From the NCBI RefSeq assembly GCF_009914755.1, contig NC_060933.1: a stretch of DNA of 64,000 nt, one strand, 5' to 3'. Within the stretch, counting starts at the first letter, position 1, and each line of letters opens with the position of its first letter. The stretch is from the human T2T-CHM13v2.0 reference genome, Homo sapiens. Positions 42,428-57,699 of this stretch are shown here, in pieces. The notes under the pieces are model-generated. The model saw only the letters and a list, made by a program, of their open reading frames with translations, did no database searches and was not told the origin of the DNA. A program made the translations under genes and the position numbers.

Positions 42428-43438
42428 TTACAATTTGGCATGATTTGGCTGGTACCGGTTGTTCCTTTCCATGTTTAGTGCTTCCTGCAGGAGCTCTTTT
42501 AGGGCAGGCCTGGTGGTGACAAAATCTCTCAGCATTTGCTTGTCTGTAAAGTATTTTATTTCTCTTTCACTTATGAAGCTTAGTTTGGCTGGATATGAAA
42601 TTCTGGGTTGAAAATTCTTTTCTTTATGAATGTCGAATATCGGCCCCCACTCTCTTCTGGCTTGTAGAGTTTCTGCTGAGAGATCCGCTGTTAGTCTGAT
42701 GGGCTTCCCTTTGTGGGTAACCCGTCCTTTCTCTCTGGCTGCCCTTAACATTTTTTCCTTCATTTCAACTTTGGTGAATCTGACAATTATGTGTCTTGGA
42801 GTTGCTCTTCTCGAGGAGTATCTTTGTGGCGTTTTCTGTATTTCCTGAATCTGAATGTTGGCCTGCCTCGCTAGATTGGGGAAGTTCTCCTGGATAATGT
42901 CCTGCAGAGTGTTTTCCAACTTGGTTCCATTCTCCCCGTCACTTTCAGGTACACCAATCAGACGTAGATTTGGTCTTTTCACATAGCCCCATATTTCTTG
43001 GAGGCTTTGTTCGTTTCTTTTTATTCTTTTTTCTCTAAACTTCCCTTCTTGCTTCATTTCATTCATTTCATCTTCCATCACTGATACCCTTTCTTCCAGT
43101 TGATCGCATTGGCTCCTGAGGCTTCTGCATTCTTCACATAGTTCTCGAGCCTTGGCTTTCAGCTCCATCAGCTCCTTTAAGCACTTCTCTGTATTGGTTA
43201 TTCTAGTTATACATCCGTCTAAATTTTTTTCAAAGTTTTTAACTTCTTTGCCTTTGGTTTGAATTTCCTCCTGTAGCTCGGAGTAGTTTGATCGTCTGAA
43301 GCCTTCTTCTCTCAACTCGTCAAAGTCATTCTCCATCCAGCTTTGTTCTGTTGCTGGTGAGGAGCTGCATTCCTTTGGAGGAGGAGAGGCACTCTGCTTT
43401 TTAGAGTTTCCAGTTTTTCTGCTCTGTTTTTTCCCCAT
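42428..43438 (-). CDS. L1 ORF1p, intact 336-aa frame
   Basis: MGKKQSRKTGNSKKQSASPPPKE ... RREWGPIF ... YPAKLSF ... HAKL* with no interruption. Confidence 0.9.
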   Translation of the reverse strand: MGKKQSRKTGNSKKQSASPPPKECSSSPATEQSWMENDFDELREEGFRRSNYSELQEEIQTKGKEVKNFEKNLDGCITRITNTEKCLKELMELKAKARELCEECRSLRSQCDQLEERVSVMEDEMNEMKQEGKFREKRIKRNEQSLQEIWGYVKRPNLRLIGVPESDGENGTKLENTLQDIIQENFPNLARQANIQIQEIQKTPQRYSSRRATPRHIIVRFTKVEMKEKMLRAAREKGRVTHKGKPIRLTADLSAETLQARREWGPIFDIHKEKNFQPRISYPAKLSFISEREIKYFTDKQMLRDFVTTRPALKELLQEALNMERNNRYQPNHAKL

Positions 43439-44021
43439 CTTTGTGGTTTTATCTACTTTTGGTCTTTGATGATGGTGATATACAGATGGGTTTTTGGTGT
43501 GGATGTCCTTTCTGTTTGTTAGTTTTCCTTCTAACAGACAGGACCCTCAGCTGCAGGTCTGTTGGAGTTTGCTACAGGTCCACTCCAGACCCTGTTTGCC
43601 TGGGTACCAGCAGCAGTGGCTGCAGAACAGCGGATTTTTGTGAACCGCGAATGCTGCTGTCTGATCGTTTCTCTGGATGTTTTGTCTCAGAGGAGTACCC
43701 GGCCGTGTGAGGTGTTAGTCTGCCCCTACTGGGGGGTGCCTCCCAGTTAGGCTGTTCAGGGGTCAGGGGTCAGGGACCCACTTGAGGAGGCAGTCTGCTG
43801 GTTCTCAGATCTCCAGCTGCATGCTGGGAGAACCACTGCTCTCTTCAAAGCTGTCAGACAGGGACATTTAAGTCTGCAGAGGTTACTGCTGTCTTTTTGT
43901 TTGTCTGTGCCCTGCCCCCAGAGGTGGATCCTACAGAGGCAGACAGGCCTCCTTGAGCTGTGGTGGGCTCCACCCAGTTCAAGCTTCCCGGCTGCTTTGT
44001 TTACCTAAGCAAGCCTGGGCA

Positions 44022-44345
44022 ATGGCGGGCGCCCCTCCCCCAGCCTCGCTGCCGCCTTGCAGTTTGATCTCAGACTGCTGTGCTAGCAATCAGCGAGACT
44101 CCGTGGGCGTAGGACCCTCCGAGCCAGGTGCGGGATATAATCTCGTGGTGCACCGTTTTTTAAGCCCATCGGAAAAGTGCAGTATTGGGGTGGGAGTGAC
44201 CCGATTTTCCAGATGCCGTCTGTCACCCCTTTCTTTGACTAGGAAAGGGAACTCCCTGACCCCTTGTGCTTCCCGAGTGAGGCAATGCCTCGCCCTGCTT
44301 TGGCTCACACACGGTGTGCTGCACCCACTGTCCTGCGCCCACTGA
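44022..44345 (+). CDS. L1 ORF0-like antisense ORF, C-terminally extended (107 aa)
   Basis: gcaATGG start; MAGAPPPASLPPCSLISDCCASNQRDSVGVGPSEPG matches primate L1 ORF0; expression unknown. Confidence 0.65.
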   Translation: MAGAPPPASLPPCSLISDCCASNQRDSVGVGPSEPGAGYNLVVHRFLSPSEKCSIGVGVTRFSRCRLSPLSLTRKGNSLTPCASRVRQCLALLWLTHGVLHPLSCAH

Positions 44346-44572
44346 CTGGCACTCCCTAGTGAGATGAACCCAGTACCTCAGATGGAAATGCAGAAATCAC
44401 CCGTCTTCTGCGTCGCTCACGCTGGGAGCTGTAGACCAGAGCTGTTCCTATTTGGCCATCTTGGCTCAAGATTTTTTTATTTGCGAGTTTTTAAGTTTCT
44501 CTTTAAAGCATGCAGTTTCTATGGTTTAATAAGCAGGGCAACTGGCAGGCAAAACAGATCCACCAAAATTAA

Positions 44573-44911
<339 letters not shown>

Positions 44912-46136
44912 TGAATCCTGGGTCCCCAAAAAAAGGGGGTATCAGCTCATCTCCCATGGGAGTTTATCTCTCAGTGGGGGTGGGTCATTTCCATACTTTC
45001 TAGATGGCCAAGAGCATGCCCCTGTGATCCAAACATGCAAAGAGCTGAGTATCTCCCCATAACTGCCATTATCTAGCTCCAAAACTCTATTTCCTACCTA
45101 GTTATTATACGCCAAAGCTCTATCATAATGCGAAGTAATTTCTGATACCCCGGAAAGTAAAAAATGTCAGATAATGCAATGCAAAACAGAAAAGAGCCTT
45201 AGATTTTGAGAGGGATCTATTCACTTTCAATTCCCGGAGTTCCATAAGGAAAATGGAGGTTTTTCCCTAAATGGGGCCTGTGGCGCCTCCTCTGTTTTTC
45301 CCAAGGTGTCCCAGGCTGTTAGAGCTTGAATATCTGCTTTCAATTAAGCTGACTTTTAACTATAGTGGTCTTTAAAAAAAAAAAAAATCCCTCTAAATCT
45401 CTTATTATTCTTCTTTACCCAGGCCAAATGGCAGATATTTCTGCCTTTTAAACGTTAATAAAATTACCCTCACAGGTGAAACCAATAAGCCTTACCTCCT
45501 AAGCTAATGCATTGGGCAGTCTCCATAGCTCTCCCCAGAAGGAGCCTAGGGCAGCTAATTTTGAGCTTGTAAAGGCTTTTAATGGCTCAAGATAATTTTT
45601 AGGGCTATGACATGAACCCCAAAATTTCTGTTCCCTGGAAGGCGAAGACCAAAAGGAAGTACCAGCACGTGGTTACAAGGTCAAGCTCCCAAGGACATAA
45701 AACAAGATGAGAGGAAAACTTCATCCAGTTTTTTTTGTTGTTGTTTCAGGGACCTGTAGCAAAGTTTGTTACTGACCAGCTTGCTGGGCCATCTTGAACA
45801 GAGGGCTTATAGGATCCTAGGCCTGTATTCTATCCTAAGGTACCGTTCTCCCTTATAGAACAACACAGAAATACAATTCATAGCACGAAGTACATCAGAT
45901 TTTCTACAGCCTCAGACTAGTCTCATGAATCCTTTTTCCCACTAATCAAAACCCACAAAACATAGGCATTAGCCACTCTGCTTAGCACCCATTGTCAACC
46001 TGGCAAGGCTCAAACTTGCCTCCAGTTGGACCCTGTCATCTCTGATCCACTCAAAGTGGATTGAAGGAGTTCCAATATGTGGTCTCTGGGCAAGGTAGTC
46101 GCCCTAAGTAACAGAAAGGATAAGTAAGGGAAAGGA

Positions 46137-46552
<416 letters not shown>

Positions 46553-47344
46553 TCAGGGAGGCCAGAGAAAGACCTATCCATTGCAGAGACCCTGAATCAA
46601 AAGCTCAGGCGGTTGCTGGTCGGTAGTGAGGGGATCTTTCCAGCAGTCCTATCAGCATTCAGGTTTCCCCTTTTAGGGATAAAAAAAAAAAGGTTCCCGT
46701 GTCCAGTGATCCTGTACATGCCTAATCCTGTCACCCATAGCAGTCAACAAAGAGTACAAGACAGATTAATCAAAAAAGAATAGTGGTTAATATCCCATAA
46801 TGCCAAATCCATTTTTAACCAAGAGGGACTTTACTGAGAGGGGCCTCTAACCCCCTAAATCTTAGGAAGGACTCTAACCCTCCTAAGTTGGGCTTCGAAC
46901 CCAAGTTTGGCCAAGCGCCCTTGCCTTTTATTAAGAGGGGTCTTTTACCCACTCTGTCTTAGGAGAGAATTTGTCCTAAATCGAGCCTGTAACCCAATCC
47001 CATCCTTTACCCAGGTACCCCACCACTTACCCAAAGTCATCCAATCAGTGCTGCAGTCTATTTCCTTTGGGTGAGGTGTCTCCACAGTATCATCCCTTCA
47101 TGGTTGCCAGGAAGATGTTACCAGAAAGGGGTCCTGATCCAGACCCCAAGAGAGGGTTCTTGGATCTCTCACAAGAAGTAATTCAGGGTGAGTTCATGGA
47201 GTAAAGTGAAAACAAGTTTATTAAGAAAGTAAAGAGATAAAGAATGGCTACTTTATAGACAGAGCAAAAAAATATATATACTGATTATCAAATACATTTC
47301 TGTTACATTCGAATTAGAGACAAGTTCTGTTTAGAAATAACCCC

Positions 47345-47534
47345 ATCTGCCTCAACCTCCCGAGTAGCTGCCACTAGGCACGTGCCACCACGCCCAGCTA
47401 ATTTTTTTATTTTTAGTAGAGACAGAGTTTCACCATGTTGGCCAGGCTGGTCTCAAATTCCTGACCTCAAATGATCCACCTGCCTCAGCCTCCCAAAGTG
47501 CTGGGATTACAGGCATTAGCCACCATGCCTGGCC
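47345..47534 (-). mobile_element. Partial AluS
   Basis: Antisense left arm and part of right arm. Confidence 0.85.
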
Positions 47535-48270
47535 CCTGAGGTGGAACAGTTTCATCCCAAAACCATCCCCATCTGCCAGCCCCCTCCCCACCTCCCACCT
47601 CTCACTCCCATCAGTGGAGTGCCAAAGCACAAGTTACTGTGAATTACTTTTGGAGGTCTTCCCAACTCTTCAATCACATTTTTAATCTGTAAGAAAATTA
47701 TTGGGTTTGTGCCGTTTCTATAGAAGATGAATTTTATACATTACATTTTGATTTTTCTGAATTTCATTTATAAAAGAAAACTTGCACTTGAATGTTGGGG
47801 CTTCCCATATAACCACACTTGATTATAGTGAATGTTTTCATAATAGCATTTATAGCCTTGTATTTTATTCAAGATAAAGTTTTTGAGATTACCCAAATAA
47901 GTCATGCTTCTTTAAAAATGTTTTAAAATTCCAAAATATATCAAACATGAAAATCCCTTCCATACTTCCTCTCCACTCTCTAGAGATAATCATTGCTAAT
48001 ACTTGAGTGTACACATTTTCAAGTATTTACCTATCCTTATTGTTGACAGAGATCATGCTCACTGTTGAAAAAGTTTTTAATGTTTGAGGATATTTTTGTC
48101 TATGGAGAGAACACCCCACAAATATTCATGTTTTGTTTAATGCTCAATTTATTAAACATATACTGTATACAACATTTTGAAACTTTTTTAATATTCAAAG
48201 ATTGATTACAAACTTCATTAAATTCCTTTCCATTTAAACTGTAATTACAAATTTAATATGATTCTTTTGA

Positions 48271-48574
<304 letters not shown>

Positions 48575-49208
48575 TGAATATACTTTTTAAAGTACACAAA
48601 ATAAACACAAATGCAATGATTACAGGACTTACTATAATTATCCTTATATCTATCTTAAAACACCAACATGATGGATTTATTACTTCATTGGTTTTTATTT
48701 GTGTTTTTCCCTAGGTATAAGATACTTTCTTATTTGCTAAACTATTTCTTTTGATGTTTCCTTGTGTTACTAAAATCTTATCAGACCCTACCCCCACCCA
48801 AATCACCTAATATCCTCAATCCTCAGATCAACCAAGGCTATAGACTTGGGCTTCTCAGCAGATTACTTCGGGGTTGGGGCTCTGATGCTTGTAGTTTCTC
48901 TCAAAGAGCTATCTTTTTTTATAAGATTGTGCTACCTCAGCACCCTTACTTTTTAGCAACATCGGTATGTTCCGGGCTTATCTTGTGTTTTACCTGCCCC
49001 CAAACACAGAATCAGCCACCCTCCAAGAGCCCAGGTTTTTTTTTTTAGTGGAGAATTATATTATAGACCAAAATCTAGGCTCTAAGGAATTGACGATGAT
49101 AAAAAGGACCTTGTTGCTATTGGGCACCTCTTAGTAGTGATAGAGCTGTAAGAGGGCTAATGTTCCTACTATATAAATAGTTCCTACAAATAAATAAGAA
49201 GATGACCA

Positions 49209-49505
49209 AGGCCGGATGTGGTGGCCCATACCTGTAATTCCAGTGCTTTGGGAGGCTGAGGCAGGAGGATTGTTTAAGGTCAGGGATTCAAGACCATCCT
49301 GCTCAACAGAGCAAGACCCTGTCTCTACTAAAAAAAAATTTTGTAATTAGCTAGGTATGGTGGCATATACATCTGTAGTCCTTGCTACTTGGGAGGCTGA
49401 AGGAGGAGGATCACTTGAACCCAGGAGTTTGAGCTATAATTGTACCCCTGCACTCCAGTGACACGGCAAGATCTTGTCTCAAAAAAAAAGAAGAAAAAGA
49501 AAAAG
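49209..49505 (+). mobile_element. AluJ element
   Basis: Diverged dimeric Alu with ggaggattg motif. Confidence 0.85.
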
Positions 49506-50285
49506 AAAATGCCCAAAGCCCAATGGATAAATGGAATAGCCAGTTCACACAGAAGGAAATACAAATTTCCTACAATATAAAAAGATGCTCAATCTTACTT
49601 ATAATAAGGGCAGTGCAAATTAAAATTAAAACCAGGGTACCACTTTTCACCTATTTGATTGGCTAAGGTAATAATGGTTATTAACACACCATTGGCAAGA
49701 GTGAGAAAGAACAGGCATTCTCATACACAGTCCACTACTGAAGTATAAACTGGTACAACTTCCTGTGGAGGGCAATTTCTGCCAAAATTAGATATGCTTT
49801 TGGTCCAGAAATTCCATCTCTAGGATTTTGTTCTACAGATATGCTTTCATATGAGAAATGCTGTATACACTGGTTTATTTCTTTCAGCATTTTTTCATAG
49901 TTACAAAAGATTGCTAAGAACCAAAGTGTCCACTTACAACAGATTAGTAGAATTTATTACGCTACAGCAAAACGATGGCAGCCTTAACGAAGAACAAGGA
50001 AGCTCTTTATGTGCGGGTATGGAATGACCTGACTTATGTTGCAATATGGAAAAAGTAAGGTGCAGAAGAATGTGTAAGGAATATGCTAAAATGTGCAGGA
50101 AAAGGACCAAAAATAGGCAGTGTTTGCTCAGTAATAGTAGTGCACAGAGAAGACTGGTAACAGTGATTGCTAGGGGTGGAGAAACTGGGTGGCTTGGGGC
50201 CAAGAGGAGGGAGAAACTAGTGAATACCACGTTGTATCTTCTGAATTTTGAATCATGTGATGTACTTCCTACTAAAAAAATTATG
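49505..50285 (+). mobile_element. L1ME-type 3' end
   Basis: aaaagatgctcaatcttacttataataaggg, agaaattccatctctaggatt, ttttgaatcatgtga motifs. Confidence 0.65.
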
Positions 50286-50459
50286 CAAACCAGAAAAAGT
50301 GCATCAGACACATATTTTCATAAACTTTATTTGTCTTACCAGGCTGACTGCAGTCCATGCCTTGGAGTTTATTTTACTATTCCCCTATTGTTTACATTGC
50401 CGGAGAGTTATTTGTTTAGCTGTGTCTCTCCCAAGGGAAGGATTTATTTATCATGAAGT

Positions 50460-50950
50460 TTTCAGCTCAATGTGTTTTGGCAAACACTGATTGACACCCA
50501 CAAGCCCTGATACTGTGCTAAATCCAGGGGAAACAAAAGTGAGAGTCCTGCTGGGTGTGTAGTCCCTGCCTAGGACAAACTCGCATTAGTGGGGGATACA
50601 GACATACAAACAAAAGATCACAGCGCAGGATTAAGTGTGCAACAATAGAAGTGTGCACAAAGAGAAAAGTGGTAGAAAGGAAAGCTGACCAGCTCTGGTG
50701 AGGTGACAGGGGTGGAATAACCAGGAAAGACTTAGCTGAAAAACTGGAATCAGGGTTTAGAAGGATGAATAGGCTTACCCAGGAGCAGGTTCTTTGAGGG
50801 AAAGACGCGTGGGTTCCAGGGAACACATGGCTCCAGCCCAAAGTGAAGCAGCAGAAGATGCCCTGGTGCAGTGGGATGAGGGGCAAGGAGGTCTGGTCGG
50901 GTTAGCAAGGGCATTGAATGCCCCCAAATTTGGATTTTTATTCCGCAGGC
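50460..50950 (-). mobile_element. L2 fragment
   Basis: caaacactgattgacaccc...ctgtgctaaatccagggg antisense L2 3' end. Confidence 0.55.
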
Positions 50951-52225
50951 AATAGGGAGGCAGAGGCGTTTACATTCAAAAGGAATGAATCCCAGAGCCT
51001 GGCACAGGGAAGGCAAGTAAGCAAAGTTGGTCCAATGAATTCAGTGGCCTTAATGTGTCTTCCTCAAATGTCACTGAAGACTGGGTCTCCTCTCCCACTT
51101 CACCCCCTCCTGTAGCCCAACTTGTGAGACGCGCGCGCACACGCGCACGTTTAGATGGAGGGGGATTTCCTAGCCATCCAGGCTTGCCTGAAACTCCATC
51201 TTACACTGGTGCATAACTCCTGCCCCCACCTCACCTGCCTCCTGTACGAGGCGTTGATTCCTTCTTCCTGCGTATTTTCTGTCCAAATCCTTTTCTGCTT
51301 CTCCCACCAATCAAAGTAATGGTTTCCACTCCCTGCTTCCGCCGGGACTCCTTTTTGGCATGGGGCTGAGTTCTGCTCCTTGGAGCTCCAGCGGGTAGCT
51401 CCTGGAAGCCCCAGCGGGTAGCCAGGCGGAGTTGGTTGGAGACCTGCCACCCACTTTCTGACCCCAAGCGAATTCTGAGAGGGCAGGGTCTCAGGCTCAG
51501 CGAGTTAGCTCGTCCACCCTTCTTCCCCACCAGAAGGAGCGAAACGTCTTTGAGCAAGATTGGTCTCTACTGCGTCCGGGTGTCCACCGGGGCCTCACCC
51601 TGTGCCAGCTCCAACAACTAGGTGCAGCTGTGGCCCCACGGTGGCTGAGCCTCCTCTGTCTCCCGCGGGAAGTAGAATTCAAGGTTCAAGTACCGGAGCA
51701 CCTGGGGCCGCTGCTGTTTGGGAAACTGCGCAAACGGCATCTCCTTCTGGACGCCTCCTGGTTCTGCAACTGGATCTCCGTGCAGGGCCCCGGATCCGGT
51801 GAGGAAGTGAAGTTCCCTTGTTACCTCTGGGTGGAGGGCAACGGCGTCCTGAGCGTACCGGAAGGCACTGGTGAGAGCGGGGCTGAAAGCGTGAAAGTGT
51901 GAAGAGGCGTCTGGAGTGCAAGAGAAGCTGGGGTGCATGCGGATGTGGAGGATGGGGGTGCTGGAACCTGGAGCGCAGGGGTCTTTGGAGGTTGTTGAAG
52001 AAGCGGTTGCGGGAGCTGGCACAGAGTGGCGTGGAGGCTGGGGGTGGGGCGTGGTGCCGAAGGGGCAGGGGCCACACAGAAGGACAGGGTGATGAAGCTC
52101 TCTTGGCAGGGACGAGAAGAGGCTCTCAGAAAAAGCCATTGCCCAATCCCTCCTCTCTACTGCACTCTACTCTAGGCTGCACTGTGGCCGAGGACTCTCA
52201 AGGCCTGTTCAAGAAACACAGGGAA

Positions 52226-52846
<621 letters not shown>

Positions 52847-53907
52847 TTATAGGCTGCACTGTGCTGGATCAGCCCAAGATAGGTGCCTGTGGTTGTAATG
52901 TTGGAGTCTCAAAATATGCTCAAACCCTTTGCCCCAACCTTCCTTGAAGCCTGGCCGACCTCGCTATCAAAGACTCTAAATGTTCTGACTTGTTGGAACA
53001 ATCTGGATGACTTCAACCGGATTTTCTAGTGTGGCCAGGGCAAGCTAGCTGATCAGACCCCCTACCCCAATACTCCTCCCAGGACTCTTACTCCAGCTCC
53101 CACCCAATCCAGGGGAATTGAAAGAACCAGGGTGGGGAGACCAGAGACTTGGGTCCCTCTGGTGGGCTAGAGTCAAGTGGGCATGGTTGGTGGGGGTTGG
53201 AAGGACCAAGAACTCAGATCCCACAACTTGCTCAACAACTGCCTTCCCCAGAGAATGTGTGGGACTTCTGAAAGGAGGATGCCTTATTTGGGTACCAGTT
53301 TCTTAATGGTGCCAACCCCATGGGGCTGAGGCTCTCCATTCACCTTCCTACCCACCTCGTGTTCCCTCCAGGGATGGAGGAACTGCAGGCCCAGCTGGAG
53401 AAGGAGCTGGAGGTATGGACATCAGAGCCCCAGGGAGGCCCAACAGTGAAATGAGTTGGGCTAGCCTCACCGGTACTGCTGCGGGACCCACTGTGGGCCT
53501 GGCTTGCTGCCAGTCAACAAGGAGGGATTCTGCAGAAGTCCTGGGGGATCCTGGAGAAGCTCAGCTGCACAGCCTCCTCCCCACATGCTGTGGAGGGAGG
53601 GTGTGCAAGGTGGAATGGTTGATAGGACAGGGTCAAATGAAGAAACATGACTGGGCCTTGATGCTAGGGATTCAGGGAGTGTGCAGAGTAAGGGAATCAA
53701 GGTCAGAGTGCTGTGGCTGTTAATCAGGAGTCAATATAGAACAACAGACAGGAAGTGCATGGGATTACAGGGCAGATAGGCTTGGATGTGAACCCTGGTT
53801 CTGCTATTTGTAAGCTCTGTGACCTCAGGCAAAATACCCAACCTCTCCGATTATCTGTTTCCTCCTCTGTGAAACTGAGGCTCATTCAACTATGTATAAG
53901 AATTATA

Positions 53908-54190
53908 AGCCCAGGCACAGTGGCTCATGCCTGTAATCCCAGCACTTTGGGAGGCTGAGGTGAGATGATCGCCTGAGGCCAGGAGTTCAAGACCAGCCTG
54001 GTCAACACGGTGGAACCCTATTTCCATAAAAAATGCAAAAATTAGTGTCTGTAAGTTTTGGTGTGGTGGCATACACCTATAGTCCCAGCTAGGCTGAGGT
54101 GCGAAGATCATCTGGGCCCAAGGAAGTCAAGGCTGCAGTGAGCCATGGTGATCCTGCTGCTGCACTCCAGCCTGGGCAATAGAGTAAGAT
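53908..54190 (+). mobile_element. AluJ/S element
   Basis: Diverged dimeric Alu. Confidence 0.85.
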
Positions 54191-54293
54191 ATATATATAT
54201 ATACATATCTCAGTATATAGAGTAAGATATAGATATATATATATATATCTCAGTATATAGAGTAAGATATATATATATGTATATATATATCTC
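54179..54293. repeat. AT-rich VNTR, about 3 copies of ~38-40 bp with internal (AT)n
   Basis: agagtaagatat(at)n...ctcagtatat repeated three times. Confidence 0.9.
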
Positions 54294-55020
54294 AATAATC
54301 ACATGATTCCCTACTTGGTACAAAGTCGGTGATGGAGACAAGTTAGTTCCCTTCTCTCTCTTCTCCCCTGGAAGAATCAGAGTAAGAAAGAAGATGCCTT
54401 ATGCTGATAGCAGCCCTTTACCTCTTCTCCCATCCAGGGGAGCACACTGTTTGAAGCTGACTTCTCCTTGCTAGATGGGATCAAGGCCAACATCATTCTG
54501 TGTAGCCAGCAGCATCTGGCTGCCCCTCTAGTCATGCTGAAGCTGCAGTCTGTTGGGAAACTCTTGCCCATGGTCATCCAGGTGAGAGGACTTGAGATTT
54601 CTGCTCCCAGTATCCAGCCTTCTCAGCTCAGCCCTTATCGAAATTCACTGGGCACCCACTATCTGCATCTTAAAGGAGGAAATGGGCAAAGTCTGTGATT
54701 CGAACACCTTGAAGTATAGCTGGAGAGACAGACTGGGCCAGTCTGAAGAAGCTCTGGTACTGAGGAAGTCCCTGAGGACAGGACAGCCCAGGAGGGATCA
54801 GGGGAGGTGGGGTATCATGAGCCTTGAAGGAGGGCCAGGGCTCAGACAAGCAGGAGGGAAGGAAAGGACCTGTCCTCAGGGGCAAGACGGTCTGGGCAGA
54901 GAGGCTGAGGCAGAGGAGTCAGGAGATTCCTAGGGGACAGTTGGACTGGGGGCCAGACTACGCCAGGCTAAGGAGTGTGATGTGGGAAGCTGGAGAAGGC
55001 TGTGATGAAATGTGCTGTGG

Positions 55021-55272
<252 letters not shown>

Positions 55273-56624
55273 AGACAGAAATATGCTGTGGGCACACTGT
55301 ATAGGCGGTTGTGTTTAGGATGGGTTGGAGAGGGGAGATGCTAGAAACAGGTATTAGGGTGACATGCTCCAGCACTTGCCCCAGGAGGAGGTGGGCTCAG
55401 ATGTGGGTAGTGACCATCAGGATGAAGAGGACAGATGGATGTGAGGTTAGAAGGAGATCAAGGAGGAAGGAAAGGGAAGCCAGGCCAGGTGCCTGCAGAA
55501 ATAGCATGAATAAAGAGGACAGGGTGCTCACATAGGCTTCCGCCTGGCCAATGTTGAGATTACCGGAAGACATTTAAATTGTCTGGCAGGCAACTGAGAA
55601 CTAGAGATTTAGTCATTTGGGTAAAGATGGGGCTGAAAGATGAGATTTTGAAAAAGGAGTGTGGGATGAAGGAAGCAGGCAGTTTGAATCTTGTCCACAC
55701 TGCAGGGACTGAAAGGGGAAGTGGAGGCTGGAGAAGGCACTAGAAGAGCAGTTTCTACAGAATGTTGGAGGCAGAGCAGCTTGCAGGGTGCTAATGCACC
55801 AAGTGGATAGGAAAGGGAGGGGTAGCTGTAGGGAGTGGCAGCAGTGACATGGAGCAAGTGAAACACATTTGGAGGATGAAGGGAGAGGTTAAACATGCAA
55901 GGGAGGGGGGTTGCTGAGCACCTGGCACTCACCCCTTCTCTCCCTACACCTTGTTCCTGCTCCAGCTCCAACGTAGGATCCCAGCCACTTCCCCTTTTCT
56001 TGCCCATGGATCCTGCAATGGTCTGGCTTCTGGCCAAATGCTGGGTCCATAGCTCTGACTTCCAGCTCCGTGAGCTGCAGCCTCATCCTCTGAGGGGACA
56101 CTTGATGGCTGAGGTCACTTTTGTGGCCACCATGAGGTGCTTTCAATACATCCTGTCTTCAAGGTAACACCTTATTCCCTTCCCTCCTGCAGGCCTCTAT
56201 CTCTGCCCCAGGCCACATTCCCACCTCTGGAGGCTCCCTCTCTGTGGAGTTTCAGAGTTTGGAGAGAATCAAGGAATAGAAGATGTGAGAGCAAAAGAGT
56301 GCAAGCATGGCTGGCCGTGCATAGCACCTTTCTTGAGGGGAGGGGTAAAATCATTCTTGGGGAAAGTAGGGAAAAAAATCTTACTCTTTTTATGTGCAAA
56401 GCACAGATATTGGTACAGTACATAAACAGTACATGCAAATGACCAAGGATTCCATCCAATAAGAAGAAACTATGCAAATAATATACAAAGACTTTTTTCC
56501 AGCCAGTCATTTATCAGTTCTAAAATAGTGATACTGGCCAGTTAGAGGGGCTCAGAAAACAACAGTCACCTGGTTTATTACAGACCATTAGAGCGAAGTA
56601 TTTACTTATTAAAAATATGTATTG

Positions 56625-56930
<306 letters not shown>

Positions 56931-57286
56931 AATATGTATTGGGAGCCTCCTGTGTGACAAGAACCATTCTAGACGCTAGCAGTAAGCAAGATAGTCAAAG
57001 TCCTGATCTTTTGAGACTTTCATTTCCAGCAAGGGCAAACAGGCAACACAGACTGTATTGTAACATATCAGCTGTGGTAGGTACGATGCAGAGAATCAAA
57101 GCAGAGTGACGTGATGGCAAGTTTAGATTGGGTGGTCAGAAAAGGCTCCCTTGAAGGAGATGACATCGAGAATGCGACTGTCAGAAGCTAACCTTGAAAT
57201 GATCAAAGGGGCACAGTGTTCCAAGCAGAGGCAACAGCTTGTGCAGGATCGAGGTGGGAATGAACTCGGCTTCTTTTGGTTCTTTG

Positions 57287-57406
57287 AAGGATGGGTAAGG
57301 TCAGGCAAATCAACCTGCCCTGCCTCCACAGTCAGAAAGAAGAGTGACGCAGAATCTCCCTTACTCTCCCCATACCTCATCGAAAACTTCTGTGTTGGAG
57401 ACCAGC
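57287..57406 (-). repeat. Inverted copy of ALOX15-like exon 9 3' part and intron 9 (58458-58576)
   Basis: Reverse complement aligns over ~120 bp with roughly 16 differences; followed by an Alu 3' fragment at 57408-57530. Confidence 0.92.
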
Positions 57407-57699
57407 GGCTGAAGAAGGTGAGGATAACTTGAAACCAGGAGGTGGAAGTTGCAGTGAGCTGAGATCGTACCTTTGCACTCCAGCCTGGGCAACAACAGCG
57501 AGACTCCATCTAAAAAAAAAAAAAAAAAAGACTACTTACAGAATGATAATGAAAAAAAAGTTGAGAAACTTTGGTCTAGACCTGTGGAAAAAAATATGAA
57601 AAGCAAAGGAGAATGATTTCTTTCAATTATCATAAAGCACTAAGTCAGTGGTTTGTGGAACACGTTAGTCAGTGCAAATCAACTGAAAACTTGGTCGTT

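Noticed and set aside
50814-50823. STAT6-type TTC-N4-GAA site upstream of the ALOX15 copy
   Set aside because: A single short motif inside L2-like sequence, expected by chance; I cannot show it matches the known ALOX15 IL-4 element.
51128-51150. Alternating purine-pyrimidine tract (Z-DNA potential) near the ALOX15-like promoter
   Set aside because: Too short and too common to support a claim.
56069-56071. His-to-Arg change as loss of an iron ligand
   Set aside because: By motif position this is the first His of HELQSHLLRGH, not a ligand; the two ligand His codons downstream are retained.
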